Origin: Methyloceanibacter sp.
GTDB taxonomy: Bacteria > Pseudomonadota > Alphaproteobacteria > Rhizobiales > Methyloligellaceae
Reading direction: 5' to 3'
Assembly (NCBI RefSeq): GCF_050726195.1
Contig: NZ_JBOHJC010000010.1
Coordinates: 100,746-124,745 of the forward strand
Length of the DNA: 24,000 nucleotides
Positions 14,800 to 24,000 of the stretch are shown here, in pieces. Below the pieces are notes generated by a model, which was not told the DNA's origin, made no database searches, and saw only the letters and a program-made list of their open reading frames with translations. The stretch's first letter is position 1. Each line of letters starts with the position of its first letter. Position numbers and translations under genes: made by a program.

Positions 14800-15585
14800 A
14801 TGGTGACACTGGACAAGATGATGCTATGCGCTCCAAGCCTCGCCGCAATCGACGGCGTGGCCCACGGCTTCTTCACGCGCCTTGACGGTGTGTCCGAAGG
14901 GATCTATGCCTCGCTCAATTGCGGCCCCGGCTCGCGCGACGATGCGGCCAATGTGACGGAGAACCGCGCGCGTGTTGCCGGCATCTTGGGCGCGACGCCG
15001 GAGAACCTTCTTTCGGTGTATCAGGCGCACAGCCCGGTCGCGGTGATCGCCGAGAAGCCGTGGGCGAAGGGAAAGATCCCCGAGGCCGACGCCATCGTCT
15101 CGGCCACGCCCGGCCTGGCGATCGGCGTTCTCACTGCGGACTGCGCGCCCGTGCTGTTCTGCGACGGCGAGGCCCGCGTGGTCGGCGCCGCACATGCCGG
15201 CTGGCGCGGCGCGCTTTCCGGCGTCATCGAGGCGACCGTCAAGGCCATGATGGAGCTTGGTGCCAGCCCTGAGCGCATCCGCGCCGTGATCGGCCCGGCC
15301 ATTTCGCAAGGCGCCTACGAGGTCGGCGAGGATTTCCGGCAGAAGTTCCTGTCTGACGAGCCGGACAGCGCGGCGTTCTTCGCGACTGACGAAGGCTCGG
15401 GCGAACCCCATTTCGATCTTCCCGGCTATGTTGCCGATCGCCTCGCCAGGGCCGGCGTCGTGGAGATCGTCGATCTTGGGCTTTGCACCTACTATGACGA
15501 GACCCGGCTGTTCAGCTATCGCCGGTCGCAGCACCATGGCGAGGGCGACTATGGCCGTCAAATTTCCGCCATTCTGCTTGCCTGA
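14800..15585 (+). CDS. pgeF: YfiH/PgeF family (DUF152) purine nucleoside phosphorylase / peptidoglycan editing factor
   Basis: VAHGFFTRLDGVSEGIYASLNCG, TADCAPVLF, AHAGWRG, CTY...FSYRR. ATG 14800 chosen. Confidence 0.8.
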   Translation: MVTLDKMMLCAPSLAAIDGVAHGFFTRLDGVSEGIYASLNCGPGSRDDAANVTENRARVAGILGATPENLLSVYQAHSPVAVIAEKPWAKGKIPEADAIVSATPGLAIGVLTADCAPVLFCDGEARVVGAAHAGWRGALSGVIEATVKAMMELGASPERIRAVIGPAISQGAYEVGEDFRQKFLSDEPDSAAFFATDEGSGEPHFDLPGYVADRLARAGVVEIVDLGLCTYYDETRLFSYRRSQHHGEGDYGRQISAILLA

Positions 15586-15740
15586 GTTAGGTTCACCATA
15601 AGCGGCGTTGGCCCCATCCGGGGGTATCGCTTAAACTGGACGCAAGCCTGCCGGGGCAGGTAAGCTATTTGGGTTGAGGGTTGGGAGTCCCGTCGCGAGA
15701 TTTTCGCGAGCGGTGCTGTGCGGCCAACAGAGGGAGTATT

Positions 15741-16718
15741 TTGTTGGACGCGGACTCACGACACGGACGCGGCCGTTTGCGGCGTGCCATCTGCATCACG
15801 CTCGCCACCATGGCGCTTGCGTGCCTGTCCGGCTGCGGCGGCGGGGGCGGCGGCGCGAGCATGAGCGGCCTCTTGAGCGGGGCGCAGGGCATCTTCGGCA
15901 GCTCGCCCAAGATTGCCGTGGCCCCCATCATCGGCGCGCCGCAGAATGTAAGCAGCGAGATGACCACGGCCCTCGTCACCGCCGGCGAGGAGCGCAACCT
16001 CACCCTCATCCCAGGCACCGGCGGCGGCGACTACACGCTGCGCGGCTATCTTCTTGCCACCCCCGAGCGCGGCGGCGCCAAGATCACTTACATTTGGGAC
16101 GTGACCGACACCAAGGGCACGCGCGTGACCAGGGTCACCGGCGAGGAGGTCGTCGCCAAAAGCTCCTACAGCAAGCCGTGGAGTGGCGTGGACAGCGCCG
16201 TTATTCGCAGCATCGCCGGCAAGACCACCTCGCAACTCGCGGCCAACCTGCCGGGAGGACGAAGCGCCCCATCCCCATCCCCGGCCCCGGCCGTGGCGGC
16301 GGCTCCTGCCGCTGGTGTCACCACCGCGTCCACGGCGGCGGCGGCGGCGCCATCCCCGCCCAAAGCCTCCGGCGTGCTCGTCGCCCCGGTTTCCGGCGCG
16401 CCTGGTGACGGCAGCAGGTCCCTGACGACGGCCCTGAAGAAGAAGCTCTACGCCGACGGCGTCAAGCTCGCCAACGGCGCCGCCAGCAACGTCTACGTGG
16501 TCAAGGGCATCGTGAAGCTCACGGATGCGAGCGGTGGCAAGGAAAACATCCGCATCGACTGGCAGGTGCTCGATCCCAACGGCAAACGCCTGGGCACGGT
16601 GTCGCAGCAGAACACCATCCCTAAGGGCTCGCTGAACGGCCCGTGGGGCGCAATTGCCGACGCCGCAGCCGGCGCCGCAGCCGACGGCATCATTAAGCTT
16701 CTTCCCAAATCGAGCTGA
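15741..16718 (+). CDS. Lipoprotein with two homologous domains joined by an Ala/Pro-rich linker (hypothetical)
   Basis: Lipobox LACLSGC follows a basic n-region (RHGRGRLRR). A TTG start at 15741 or 15744 follows AGGGAG; the ORF track start at 15681 is probably too long. Domain A (...[10 protein letters not shown]...TTAL...YTLRGY...ITYIWDV.D..G) repeats as domain B (...[10 protein letters not shown]...TTAL...YVVKGI...[12 protein letters not shown]). Confidence 0.6.
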   Translation: MLDADSRHGRGRLRRAICITLATMALACLSGCGGGGGGASMSGLLSGAQGIFGSSPKIAVAPIIGAPQNVSSEMTTALVTAGEERNLTLIPGTGGGDYTLRGYLLATPERGGAKITYIWDVTDTKGTRVTRVTGEEVVAKSSYSKPWSGVDSAVIRSIAGKTTSQLAANLPGGRSAPSPSPAPAVAAAPAAGVTTASTAAAAAPSPPKASGVLVAPVSGAPGDGSRSLTTALKKKLYADGVKLANGAASNVYVVKGIVKLTDASGGKENIRIDWQVLDPNGKRLGTVSQQNTIPKGSLNGPWGAIADAAAGAAADGIIKLLPKSS

Positions 16719-16840
16719 CCTCGTCCACAAGGCGCAGCTGGCGAGTTTACAGGTGTGCCAAGCCCTTGTTAAAAGCGCGGCGTGGCGCAGGCGGCCGAGC
16801 GGTCCGCCTCGCGTGGACGACCTGCTCGGGGAGAGGCCGC

Positions 16841-17773
16841 ATGAAACTGGTTGCAGGCAACAGCAACCGTCCTCTTGCCGAGGCGATCAGCGCTTATCTC
16901 GACATCCCCCTCGCCAAATGCATTGTCCGCCGCTTTGCGGACATGGAGATTTTCGTCGAGGTGCAGGAGAACGTCCGCGGCGAGGATGTGTTCGTCATCC
17001 AATCGACCTCCGCTCCCGCCAACGACCACCTGATGGAGCTGCTCATCCTCATCGACGCCCTGAAGCGGGCGTCGGCGCGGCGCATCACGGCAGTCATTCC
17101 CTATTTCGGCTATGCCCGCCAAGACCGCAAACCGGGCCCGCGCACGCCGATCTCGGCCAAGCTCGTGGCCAACATGATCGTGCGCGCCGGCGCCGACCGC
17201 GTGCTCACCCTCGATCTCCACGCCGGCCAGATCCAAGGCTTCTTCGACATCCCGACCGACAATCTGTTCGCCGCGCCCGTGATGGTGCAGGACCTCAAGG
17301 AGGTGTTTCCCAACGACAACCTCATGGTGGTCTCGCCGGACGTCGGCGGCGTCGTCCGCGCCCGCGGGCTTGCCAAGCGCATCGACGCGCCGCTCGCCAT
17401 CGTCGACAAGCGGCGCGAGAGGCCCGGCGATTCCGAGGTGATGAACGTCATCGGCGACGTCTCAGGCCATACCTGCATTCTCGTCGACGACATTGTCGAT
17501 TCAGGGGGCACCTTGGTGAACGCGGCGGAAGCGCTACTCGACCAGGGCGCCAATATGGTGACAGGCTATATCACCCACGGCGTGCTTTCGGGCGGCGCGG
17601 TCGCCCGCATCGCGGCCTCGCGGCTGAAGGAGCTCGTCATCACCGACTCGATCATGCCGAGCGAGTCGGTTCTGAAGGCGCACAACATCAGGGTGCTGCT
17701 CATCGCGCCGCTGCTCGGCGAGGCCATCGCCCGCACCGCCGAGGAAAAGTCGGTTTCCAGCCTGTTCTATTGA
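16841..17773 (+). CDS. prs: Ribose-phosphate pyrophosphokinase
   Basis: [16 protein letters not shown]..., [43 protein letters not shown] 16841. Confidence 0.95.
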   Translation: MKLVAGNSNRPLAEAISAYLDIPLAKCIVRRFADMEIFVEVQENVRGEDVFVIQSTSAPANDHLMELLILIDALKRASARRITAVIPYFGYARQDRKPGPRTPISAKLVANMIVRAGADRVLTLDLHAGQIQGFFDIPTDNLFAAPVMVQDLKEVFPNDNLMVVSPDVGGVVRARGLAKRIDAPLAIVDKRRERPGDSEVMNVIGDVSGHTCILVDDIVDSGGTLVNAAEALLDQGANMVTGYITHGVLSGGAVARIAASRLKELVITDSIMPSESVLKAHNIRVLLIAPLLGEAIARTAEEKSVSSLFY

Positions 17774-17806
17774 ACGCGAGAGCCGAGGGTGACCGGTTCT
17801 TTTGAG

Positions 17807-19090
17807 CTAGATTGCGTATACCGGCGCGAACCCGCCGCCTGGCGTCCGAAGATTCGTTGTCTGCCCCTGATAAAGACGCGCGGCTGTGCGCAAGATCCGG
17901 CCCCTGTACGTATACAGCCTGACATCCGTTTTCCGCAGCTCCGCCGTTCCATCGAGCTTGATCATGCGCTCGCCGGGCGCTGCAAACTCCTGGGCAACGT
18001 AACCGCCTCGCATGATCTCGGCCCACACCCGCTGCGTGACCTTATCGCCGCGATAGACCGCTCTGCTTCCATGGCCGCCAAACGGTTTGAAGAACAACCT
18101 CCTCCTCGCCTGCCATAGCTGTTCCGCATTATCGGGCGTAACGGGCACCGTGCGCGGCACTCCGGCAAGATCGGCAAGCATCTGCTCCGGAAGCCCCCAC
18201 GCACCAAGCGCCTTCTGATCGCACAGCAGGCCTAGGTTGCGCTTGTCGGCGTACAGCGCATGCACGTGCGGATTTGGCGTGACGACGACGGCGCCGTCGC
18301 GATACGCCGCGCGCAGGGCCTTGTTCTCCGGACGATCCAACGAAAAGTCGACCAACCGATTGTAGACAAGATCGACCGGCTGCCCTTCCGCCAATAATCG
18401 CCCCTGCTCGTAGCGAAGCTCACCTCCATCGGCGATGACCGCGTCTATCCCACTCCTCTGAAAGAGCCGTTGGGCGAGGAGAAATTCCGGGTAGAGGTAT
18501 TGCGCCGCGGGCCGCTCATCGACGATAGCGACCTGCCCGAGCACGCCGGAGTTTCGCTGCAGCGTCCACTCTTGCTGGAACATGCCTAGGACTTCGCTCT
18601 CGAAATCGTCGGCTTTGACCTTGTCGAGGGAAACCTCGATCTCGGCGCAGCAGGCTCGTTGAGCCTTAGCCAGCAACGCGTTCAGAAAGGCTCCACCAGC
18701 GTTCGAGTTCACCTCGATCAGCTTTGGCCCAGTCGCTGCAAGGTGGAAGTCATAACCCATGAAGACACCGCGCGGTCCGAAGTCGTGCCGCGCGATGTCG
18801 GGAGCCCAGGACAAGGCCGCTTGTTGATAGCCGGGCAGAAGGGCAGCGGCCTCTACGGCCTGCACGATCCGCAGGATCTCGCCGGTTTCGCGCTCGGAAA
18901 TGAATACCGGGATATTGGAGAACAGATGAGGCCGCGCCTCAATGACGGTGGCGCAGAGGTCCTGGTCTCCCAGTTCCCGCTCGAGCGCCGCAGTCAGCGC
19001 GTAGCGGTCGAGCGTGATGCAGAAGCATTCCTGGTTCAGACGCTGGGAGAGCGATTGAGCAGTAGGCATCGCAGACGATGAAGCGTGCAT
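17807..19090 (-). CDS. Circularly permuted ATP-grasp (GspS-like) amidoligase family protein, function unknown
   Basis: The Mg-binding-type block GYDFHLAATGPKLIEVNSNAGGA (about aa 110-135) precedes the ATP-binding-type block FFKPFGGHGSRAVYRG...GGYVAQEF...DVRLYTYRG...NLRTPGGGFAPV at the C-terminus. This is the reverse of the classical ATP-grasp order. The start is ATG 19090 or 19069. Confidence 0.5.
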   Translation of the reverse strand: MHASSSAMPTAQSLSQRLNQECFCITLDRYALTAALERELGDQDLCATVIEARPHLFSNIPVFISERETGEILRIVQAVEAAALLPGYQQAALSWAPDIARHDFGPRGVFMGYDFHLAATGPKLIEVNSNAGGAFLNALLAKAQRACCAEIEVSLDKVKADDFESEVLGMFQQEWTLQRNSGVLGQVAIVDERPAAQYLYPEFLLAQRLFQRSGIDAVIADGGELRYEQGRLLAEGQPVDLVYNRLVDFSLDRPENKALRAAYRDGAVVVTPNPHVHALYADKRNLGLLCDQKALGAWGLPEQMLADLAGVPRTVPVTPDNAEQLWQARRRLFFKPFGGHGSRAVYRGDKVTQRVWAEIMRGGYVAQEFAAPGERMIKLDGTAELRKTDVRLYTYRGRILRTAARLYQGQTTNLRTPGGGFAPVYAI

Positions 19091-19179
19091 CCGCCCGTCC
19101 TCAAATGACAGGTTCCAAGATCGACGCGAACCCTGTCCGGCGCACGTACGGCGCCGGGCCGCGGCCGGCCGCCTCGCCC

Positions 19180-19392
19180 TTAATGGCCTTCATACTTGAA
19201 GGAGAGTTTGACCTTGGTACGGTAGGCCTCGACCTTGCCGTCGGAAATGACGATATCCTGCTCCACGACTTCGGCCACGCGCAGCTCGCGCAGATGCTCG
19301 GCGGCTTTCTCGACCGCCTTTTTGGCCGCGTCCTCCCAGGAGGTCTTGCTGGTGCCGATGAGTTCGATGACCTTGTAAGTGCTGTCGGGCAT
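19180..19392 (-). CDS. Dodecin family flavin-binding protein
   Basis: MPDSTYKVIELIGTSKTSWEDAAKKAVEKAAEHLRELRVAEVVEQDIVISDGKVEAYRTKVKLSFKYEG. Start moved to ATG 19392 (AAGGAGA upstream). Confidence 0.8.
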   Translation of the reverse strand: MPDSTYKVIELIGTSKTSWEDAAKKAVEKAAEHLRELRVAEVVEQDIVISDGKVEAYRTKVKLSFKYEGH

Positions 19393-19543
19393 GGTGACGT
19401 TCTCCTTCACGCTGGCGCCGTCGAGAGCTTGGATCTTCCTGCGTTACGCCTATCCTACGCCGAATACGCAACCCTGCCACCAATTTGACGCCTCGCGCGT
19501 TTAGACGAGCGCTTACGGCGATCAACCAACCCAAAGGACCACC

Positions 19544-19978
19544 ATGCACGTCAATCTAGCGAATGCCGAAACAGCCATCGAAGCCGCCCGCAAGAAAGCC
19601 ATCGCCCTCAAGACCCAGATGTGCATCGCCGTGGTGGACTCCGGCGCCAACCTCAAGGCCTTCATCCGCATGGACGACGCCTGGGTCGGCTCGATCGACA
19701 TCGCCATCAAGAAGGCGAAGACCGCTGTCTTCTTCGGCATGGCGACCGGCGAGCTCGGCAAGCTGTCCCAACCGGCCAAGCCGCTCTACGGCATCGAGCA
19801 TTCCAACGACGGGCTGATCACGTTTCCCGGCGGCCTCCCCATCGTCGATGAGGACGGTGTGCTCGGCGGCGCCATCGGCGTCAGCGGCAGCTCTGTCGAG
19901 AACGATCACGCGGTGGCTGCGGCGGGCGTCAAGGTGCTCGGCGTCAGCGAGCTGCCCGAGCACCCTTGGCGGACTTAG
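19544..19978 (+). CDS. GlcG/HbpS-like (DUF336) heme-binding family protein
   Basis: [20 protein letters not shown]...[15 protein letters not shown]...[30 protein letters not shown]. Confidence 0.8.
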   Translation: MHVNLANAETAIEAARKKAIALKTQMCIAVVDSGANLKAFIRMDDAWVGSIDIAIKKAKTAVFFGMATGELGKLSQPAKPLYGIEHSNDGLITFPGGLPIVDEDGVLGGAIGVSGSSVENDHAVAAAGVKVLGVSELPEHPWRT

Positions 19979-21213
19979 ACCGGCTTCAGCACGAGACCGC
20001 GCGGCAAGGCATTGACGTCCGCAACCCCCGCCAGCGCCATGCCCTCATCCAGCTCCTGCGCCATCATCTTGAGCGCGGCGGCGACTCCCGCCTCGCCGTG
20101 CGCCGCCAGGCCATAGAGATGGGCGCGGCCGATCAGGCAGCCTTGCGCGCCGAGGCCGAGCGCCTTGAGCACGTCGAGGCCCGACCTGATGCCGCCGTCG
20201 TAGATGAGCTCCACGCCGTCGCCCACCGCCTCGCGAATGGCCGGCAGCGCCCGCGCCGCCGTATTGGCGCCGTCGAGCTGCCGCCCTCCGTGATTGGAGA
20301 CCACGATGGCGTCGGCGCCGAGCTTGACTGCGAGCTTGGCATCCTCTGGATCGAGAATGCCCTTGACCACGAGCTTGCGCGGCCAGGTCTGCCGCACCCA
20401 TTCGAGGTCGGCCGCCGTGACGGCGCCCTTGTAATGGCGATCCGCCCATGCCGACACCGTGGCGAGATCGGACCCGCCGGCGGCGTAGGCCGTGAGGTTG
20501 CCGAGCGTCGGCCGGTTCCGCAGGAAGCCGACCAGCCAGCGCAGCCTGGTGGCGATGCGGACCACATGACGCGGGCGCACTTTGAGCGGCACCACGAGAC
20601 CGTTGTCGAGGTCGCGATTCCGCCTGCCCTGTACGCATGTGTCGAGCGTGAGCACGAGCGCCGGGCAGCGCAATTGGTCGGCGCGCTGCATCAGATTGGC
20701 GTTCACGCCGCGATCCTTGAACATGTAGAGCTGGAACAGAAACGGTGTGCGGCTGGCGGTGGCGACATCCTCCATCGCGCAGCTCGACAATGTGCTGAGA
20801 CAATACGGCACGCCGAACGCATGGGCGGCGCGCGCCGCGTGAATTTCTCCGCGCGGATAGAACACGCCGGCAAGGCCGATCGGTGCCAGCGCCACCGGGA
20901 TCGTCGCGTGCTGCCCGAACAGGGTGGTGCGCATATTGCGCGACGGGGCATGCTCGAACACCCTCTGATTGAGACGAAGGGCCTCGAGGTCGGTGCGGTT
21001 CGCGCGCAACGTCACCTCGTCGTTAGAGCCGCCCTCGAGATAATCAAGGATCGCGCGGGGTAACCGGCGCTTGGCGGCCGCCCTGAGATGGCCAGGATGC
21101 CGCGCCAGGGCGGCGGCCCTGGCTTGCTGGCGCGTGCGTAAGCCAGGGGCATCGACCGGCTCGACCCGCTCCGAGCCCGGAAACGCGGGTCGCCCCTTGA
21201 TTGGCTCGTTCAT
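19975..21213 (-). CDS. FMN-dependent alpha-hydroxyacid dehydrogenase/oxidase (L-lactate dehydrogenase LldD-like)
   Basis: [55 protein letters not shown]. Start moved to ATG 21213 (MNEPIKG...). The upstream part of the track ORF overlaps the panE promoter region. Confidence 0.85.
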   Translation of the reverse strand: MNEPIKGRPAFPGSERVEPVDAPGLRTRQQARAAALARHPGHLRAAAKRRLPRAILDYLEGGSNDEVTLRANRTDLEALRLNQRVFEHAPSRNMRTTLFGQHATIPVALAPIGLAGVFYPRGEIHAARAAHAFGVPYCLSTLSSCAMEDVATASRTPFLFQLYMFKDRGVNANLMQRADQLRCPALVLTLDTCVQGRRNRDLDNGLVVPLKVRPRHVVRIATRLRWLVGFLRNRPTLGNLTAYAAGGSDLATVSAWADRHYKGAVTAADLEWVRQTWPRKLVVKGILDPEDAKLAVKLGADAIVVSNHGGRQLDGANTAARALPAIREAVGDGVELIYDGGIRSGLDVLKALGLGAQGCLIGRAHLYGLAAHGEAGVAAALKMMAQELDEGMALAGVADVNALPRGLVLKPV

Positions 21214-21343
21214 CCGTCGGTTCCCTCGGCGGTCGCGGGGCGATTGCTTGACGTTTGACGTGCCCCCTGCCCTAGCCCTTACTATCGCCCTCACGGGGCA
21301 CAAAACCAACCCCGCAAAAGCGCCCTCCTCGATAGGCCCTTGC

Positions 21344-22375
21344 ATGACGCTCAGCCCCCGGTCTTCCATCGTTGTCGCCGGAGCCGGCAGCGTGGGCGGC
21401 TATGTCGGCGCCCGCCTTGCCGCCGCCGGCCGCGATGTGACATTTCTCATGCGCAAGCCGCTCGCCGACACGATCGCCCGCCACGGTCTGCGCGTCTCCG
21501 ATCTCGACGGCAGGGACGAGATATTGCCTGCCTCGTCCCTGAAGCTGACCTCGGACCCGAAAACGGCACTGGTCTCCGCCGAAATCATCTTGGTCACCGT
21601 CAAGGCGCATGGCACGCCGGCGATGAGTAAGTTGATCGCTGAGCACGCGCCGCAAGGCGCAATTGTCGTGAGCCTGCAGAACGGCGTCGACAACGCCACG
21701 ATCCTCCGCAACGCGGTCGGTCCGGGGCGCAAGGTCGTCGACGCCATGGTCCCGTTCAACGTGGTGCAAACCCGGACGGATGGAGCGCCGCCGCGATTCC
21801 ATCGCGCAAGCAGCGGCACCATGCAGATCGAGCGTGGCGTGGATGGCTTGCGCGATCTCCTCGACGTCCCCGGCACGCCCTTCGCCGAGCATGGCGACAT
21901 GGAGGCCCTGTTGTGGGGCAAGCTCCTCGTCAATCTCAACAACGCGTTGAACGCTCTGTCCGGCCTGCCGCTGGTCGAGCAGCTCGGCGACCGGCGCTGG
22001 CGGCTTCTCCTGTCGCGGCAGATCCGCGAGGGGCTCGCCGTGCTGCGCACGGCCGGCATCCGGCTCACGCCGGTCGAAGGCGTGCACCCGCGGCTGACCG
22101 CCTTTGCGCTCCGGCTGCCCGACCCCCTGTTCGGGCTCGCCGCGCGCCGCATGATGGCTATCGACCGCAACGCCCGCTCCTCCATGTGGGAGGATCTGGA
22201 GGCCCGGCGGCCGACCGAGATCGACCATATCCAGGGCGAGATCGTCCGGCTGGCGGAAAAGCACGGGGTCGCGACCCCCCTGAACCGCCGGGTCATGGAC
22301 CTCGTCAAGCAGGCGGAAAAGGCCGGTAAGGGTTCGCCCAAACTTGCCCCTGAATCGCTCGAAACCGTGCGATAA
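21344..22375 (+). CDS. panE: 2-dehydropantoate 2-reductase (ketopantoate reductase, PanE/ApbA family)
   Basis: IVVAGAGSVGGYVGARLAAAG (Rossmann fold), LVTVKAH, LWGKLLVNLNNALNAL, SSMWEDLEARRPTEIDHIQGEIV. ATG 21344. Confidence 0.8.
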   Translation: MTLSPRSSIVVAGAGSVGGYVGARLAAAGRDVTFLMRKPLADTIARHGLRVSDLDGRDEILPASSLKLTSDPKTALVSAEIILVTVKAHGTPAMSKLIAEHAPQGAIVVSLQNGVDNATILRNAVGPGRKVVDAMVPFNVVQTRTDGAPPRFHRASSGTMQIERGVDGLRDLLDVPGTPFAEHGDMEALLWGKLLVNLNNALNALSGLPLVEQLGDRRWRLLLSRQIREGLAVLRTAGIRLTPVEGVHPRLTAFALRLPDPLFGLAARRMMAIDRNARSSMWEDLEARRPTEIDHIQGEIVRLAEKHGVATPLNRRVMDLVKQAEKAGKGSPKLAPESLETVR

Positions 22376-22402
22376 GGCCGCAATTCTGGCCCGATAGGCA
22401 AT

Positions 22403-22431
22403 TGTCTTTCGGCTTGCGCTTGGGCTATAAG
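22403..22431 (+). promoter_or_regulatory. Candidate sigma70 promoter for rplY-pth (TTGTCT-N17-TATAAG)
   Basis: TTGTCT at 22403-22408, a 17-nt spacer, TATAAG at 22426-22431 (read one base earlier it is CTATAA, close to the rhizobial CTATAT -10). It lies about 95 nt upstream of the rplY ATG. Confidence 0.35.
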
Positions 22432-22526
22432 CCTCTCGAATTCCGTCGTGGCTGCTCGGGAGCGCCGCGCGAGACCTTGCGGGGCCGTTCCGGCCCCCTC
22501 ATTGTTTCAGAGACTTGGAGGTTGAC

Positions 22527-23228
22527 ATGGCCGAGGCGATCGAACTCAAGGCATGGGCCAGGCAGCGCACCGGCAAGGGCGGCGCGCGCTCAGTCCGCCG
22601 CGATGGACGGGTTCCGGGCATCGTCTATGGCGACAAGAGGGCGCCGCAGAACATCGCCTTGGAGTCCAGGGAGATCTCCAAGCAGCTCCTGACCGGCCAC
22701 TTCCAGAGCACGATCTACATGCTCGACATGGACGGGACCAAGACCCGCGTCATCCCGCGCGGCGTGCAGCTCGACCCCATTCGCGACTTCCCCATCCATG
22801 TGGATTTCCTGCGCCTCAGCAAGGATGCGCTCGTCACCGTCGACGTGCCGGTGCACTTCCTCAACGACGCGGCGTCCCCCGGCTTGAAGCGCGGCGGCGT
22901 GCTCAATATCGTGCGCCATGAAATTCCGGTGCGCTGCCCCGCCGACAAGATCCCGACGCATTTCGACGTCGATCTGACGGGGCTCGAAATCGGCGACTCG
23001 GTCCACATCTCGGCCATCGCCTTGCCCGAGGGCGTCAAGCCCACCATCACCGACCGCGACTTCACCGTGGCGACGATCGTCGGCCGCGCGGCTGAAGAGG
23101 CCGCGCCTGGCGCTGCCGCCGCCGCCGAGGGTGTCGCCGAGCCTGGCGCCGAAGCTGCCGCCGCTCCGGCCGAGGGCGAGGCCGAAGACAAGGACAAGGA
23201 CAAGGCGAAGAAGGAGGAGAAGAAGTAG
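22527..23228 (+). CDS. rplY: 50S ribosomal protein L25 / general stress protein Ctc
   Basis: MAEAIELKAWARQRTGKGGARSVRRDGRVPGIVYG...HVDFLR..., with an Ala/Glu/Lys-rich C-terminal tail. GGAGG lies upstream of ATG 22527. Confidence 0.9.
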   Translation: MAEAIELKAWARQRTGKGGARSVRRDGRVPGIVYGDKRAPQNIALESREISKQLLTGHFQSTIYMLDMDGTKTRVIPRGVQLDPIRDFPIHVDFLRLSKDALVTVDVPVHFLNDAASPGLKRGGVLNIVRHEIPVRCPADKIPTHFDVDLTGLEIGDSVHISAIALPEGVKPTITDRDFTVATIVGRAAEEAAPGAAAAAEGVAEPGAEAAAAPAEGEAEDKDKDKAKKEEKK

Positions 23229-23289
23229 TCTCTTCTCTTCTTCGGGGCTTGGCCCCGCGTCTCGCTGCATTCCCGATCGGGATCACGCC

Positions 23290-24000
23290 ATGAAGCTCTT
23301 TGTCGGCCTCGGCAATCCGGGGGCGGAATACGCGTTCCACCGCCACAATGTCGGCTTCATGGCGCTCGACGCCATCGCCGCGTCCCACGATTTTCCTGCC
23401 TGGCGCAAGCGCTTCTCGAGCGCCGTCAGTGAAGGCCGGCTCGGACGCGAGCAGGTGCTGCTGCTCAAGCCTCAGACCTATATGAACGATTCGGGACGCG
23501 CCGTGGGCGAGGCTGTGCGCTTCTATAAGCTCGATCTTGGCGACGTCATCGCGTTCCACGACGAGATCGACCTCGCCCCCGGCAAGGTGCGGGTAAAGGC
23601 GGGCGGTGGCGTGGCCGGCCATAACGGGCTCAAGTCGCTGACCTCCCATATCGGCAACGACTACGTGCGAGTGCGCATCGGTGTCGGCCATCCAGGCCAC
23701 CGCGACCAGGTCGTGGGCTACGTGCTGCATGATTTCGCCAAGGCCGACTATGACTGGCTCGAGCCGCTGCTTGGCGCGATCGCCGAGGCCGCGCCTTATC
23801 TCGCCGACGGCGCGTTCGACAAGTTCCAGACTCAAGTCGCTCACCGTGCGCAGGCCGCCGCGCCCGAGAAGAAGGCGGCCCGCGCCAAGCCCGCGCGCAA
23901 GGAGAAGAAAGCGCCGGCGGCGGAGGACGAGAAGAATGCCGAGAAGCCGGCGCATGAAGGCGCGCTTGCCGGCATGCTCCGCCGCTGGCTCGGCTCGTGA
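23290..24000 (+). CDS. pth: Peptidyl-tRNA hydrolase
   Basis: MKLFVGLGNPGAEYAFHRHNVGF..., KPQTYMNDSG, HDEIDL, GGVAGHNGLKS. Lys/Ala-rich C-terminal extension. The TGA falls exactly at the window end. Confidence 0.9.
   Translation: MKLFVGLGNPGAEYAFHRHNVGFMALDAIAASHDFPAWRKRFSSAVSEGRLGREQVLLLKPQTYMNDSGRAVGEAVRFYKLDLGDVIAFHDEIDLAPGKVRVKAGGGVAGHNGLKSLTSHIGNDYVRVRIGVGHPGHRDQVVGYVLHDFAKADYDWLEPLLGAIAEAAPYLADGAFDKFQTQVAHRAQAAAPEKKAARAKPARKEKKAPAAEDEKNAEKPAHEGALAGMLRRWLGS

Noticed and set aside
15647-15675. Short hairpin CCTGCC-GG-GGCAGG followed by taagctattt, after pgeF, considered as an intrinsic terminator
   Set aside because: The loop is too small for the full stem and the T-tract is weak and interrupted, so it is not convincing enough to annotate.
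15836-15862. GGC-rich run (tgcggcggcgggggcggcggcgcg) after the lipobox, considered as a possible slipped-strand phase-variation tract
   Set aside because: The triplet repeat is interrupted and in frame. It simply encodes the Gly-rich tether common after lipoprotein Cys+1. There is no long perfect homopolymer or SSR.
19975-19978. 4-nt convergent overlap of the glcG-like and lldD-like genes, considered as a possible functional link between GlcG-like, FMN dehydrogenase and dodecin
   Set aside because: The genes are on opposite strands, so they cannot be co-transcribed. The co-occurrence of flavin-related genes (bluB, dodecin, FMN dehydrogenase) across 20 kb looks coincidental.
23095-23225. Ala/Glu/Lys low-complexity tail of L25, and the similar Lys/Ala tail of Pth (23860-23960)
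   Set aside because: As far as I recall, such charged C-terminal extensions are ordinary in alphaproteobacterial Ctc-type L25 and Pth. Nothing indicates a separate feature.
1-24000. Scan for tRNA/rRNA genes, CRISPR repeats, IS elements, integrases and phage genes
   Set aside because: No cloverleaf-like segments turned up in the intergenic gaps, which are all under 180 bp. I saw no regularly spaced direct repeats and no transposase- or integrase-like translation in any frame of the ORF track.

Overview
This is a high-GC (about 65-70% on the lines I hand-counted) alphaproteobacterial, Rhizobiales-like chromosomal segment. Most of it is conserved housekeeping. Genes called: bluB (partial), ilvE, a MarR + OmpR-family response regulator + EnvZ-like kinase triad, a TetR regulator, ybjN-proC, an ECF42-type sigma factor with two DGPF/YciI-like genes, ubiK, lgt, an NDUFAF7-like methyltransferase, pgeF/yfiH, a lipoprotein, prs, a circularly permuted ATP-grasp protein, dodecin, a GlcG-like protein, an FMN-dependent alpha-hydroxyacid dehydrogenase, panE, and rplY(ctc)-pth. 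I found no rRNA, tRNA, CRISPR array, transposase or integrase. The exception is a low-GC islet of about 2.9 kb (about 790-3678) between bluB and ilvE. It reads as a compact polymorphic toxin/immunity locus: a 311-aa protein whose C-terminus has the HAE...CPSC zinc signature of a nucleic-acid deaminase toxin, a tightly coupled immunity-like gene, two tandem DUF2019-like genes, a roughly 30-codon remnant of a second related toxin C-terminus, and a second immunity paralog. The two immunity paralogs share a perfect 119-bp 3' direct repeat although they are diverged elsewhere. The toxin has no delivery domain I can recognise, and I cannot assign its deaminase clade by eye. This locus is the best candidate for an undescribed system in the window. 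All family assignments come from reading the translations by eye and need HMM or structure confirmation.
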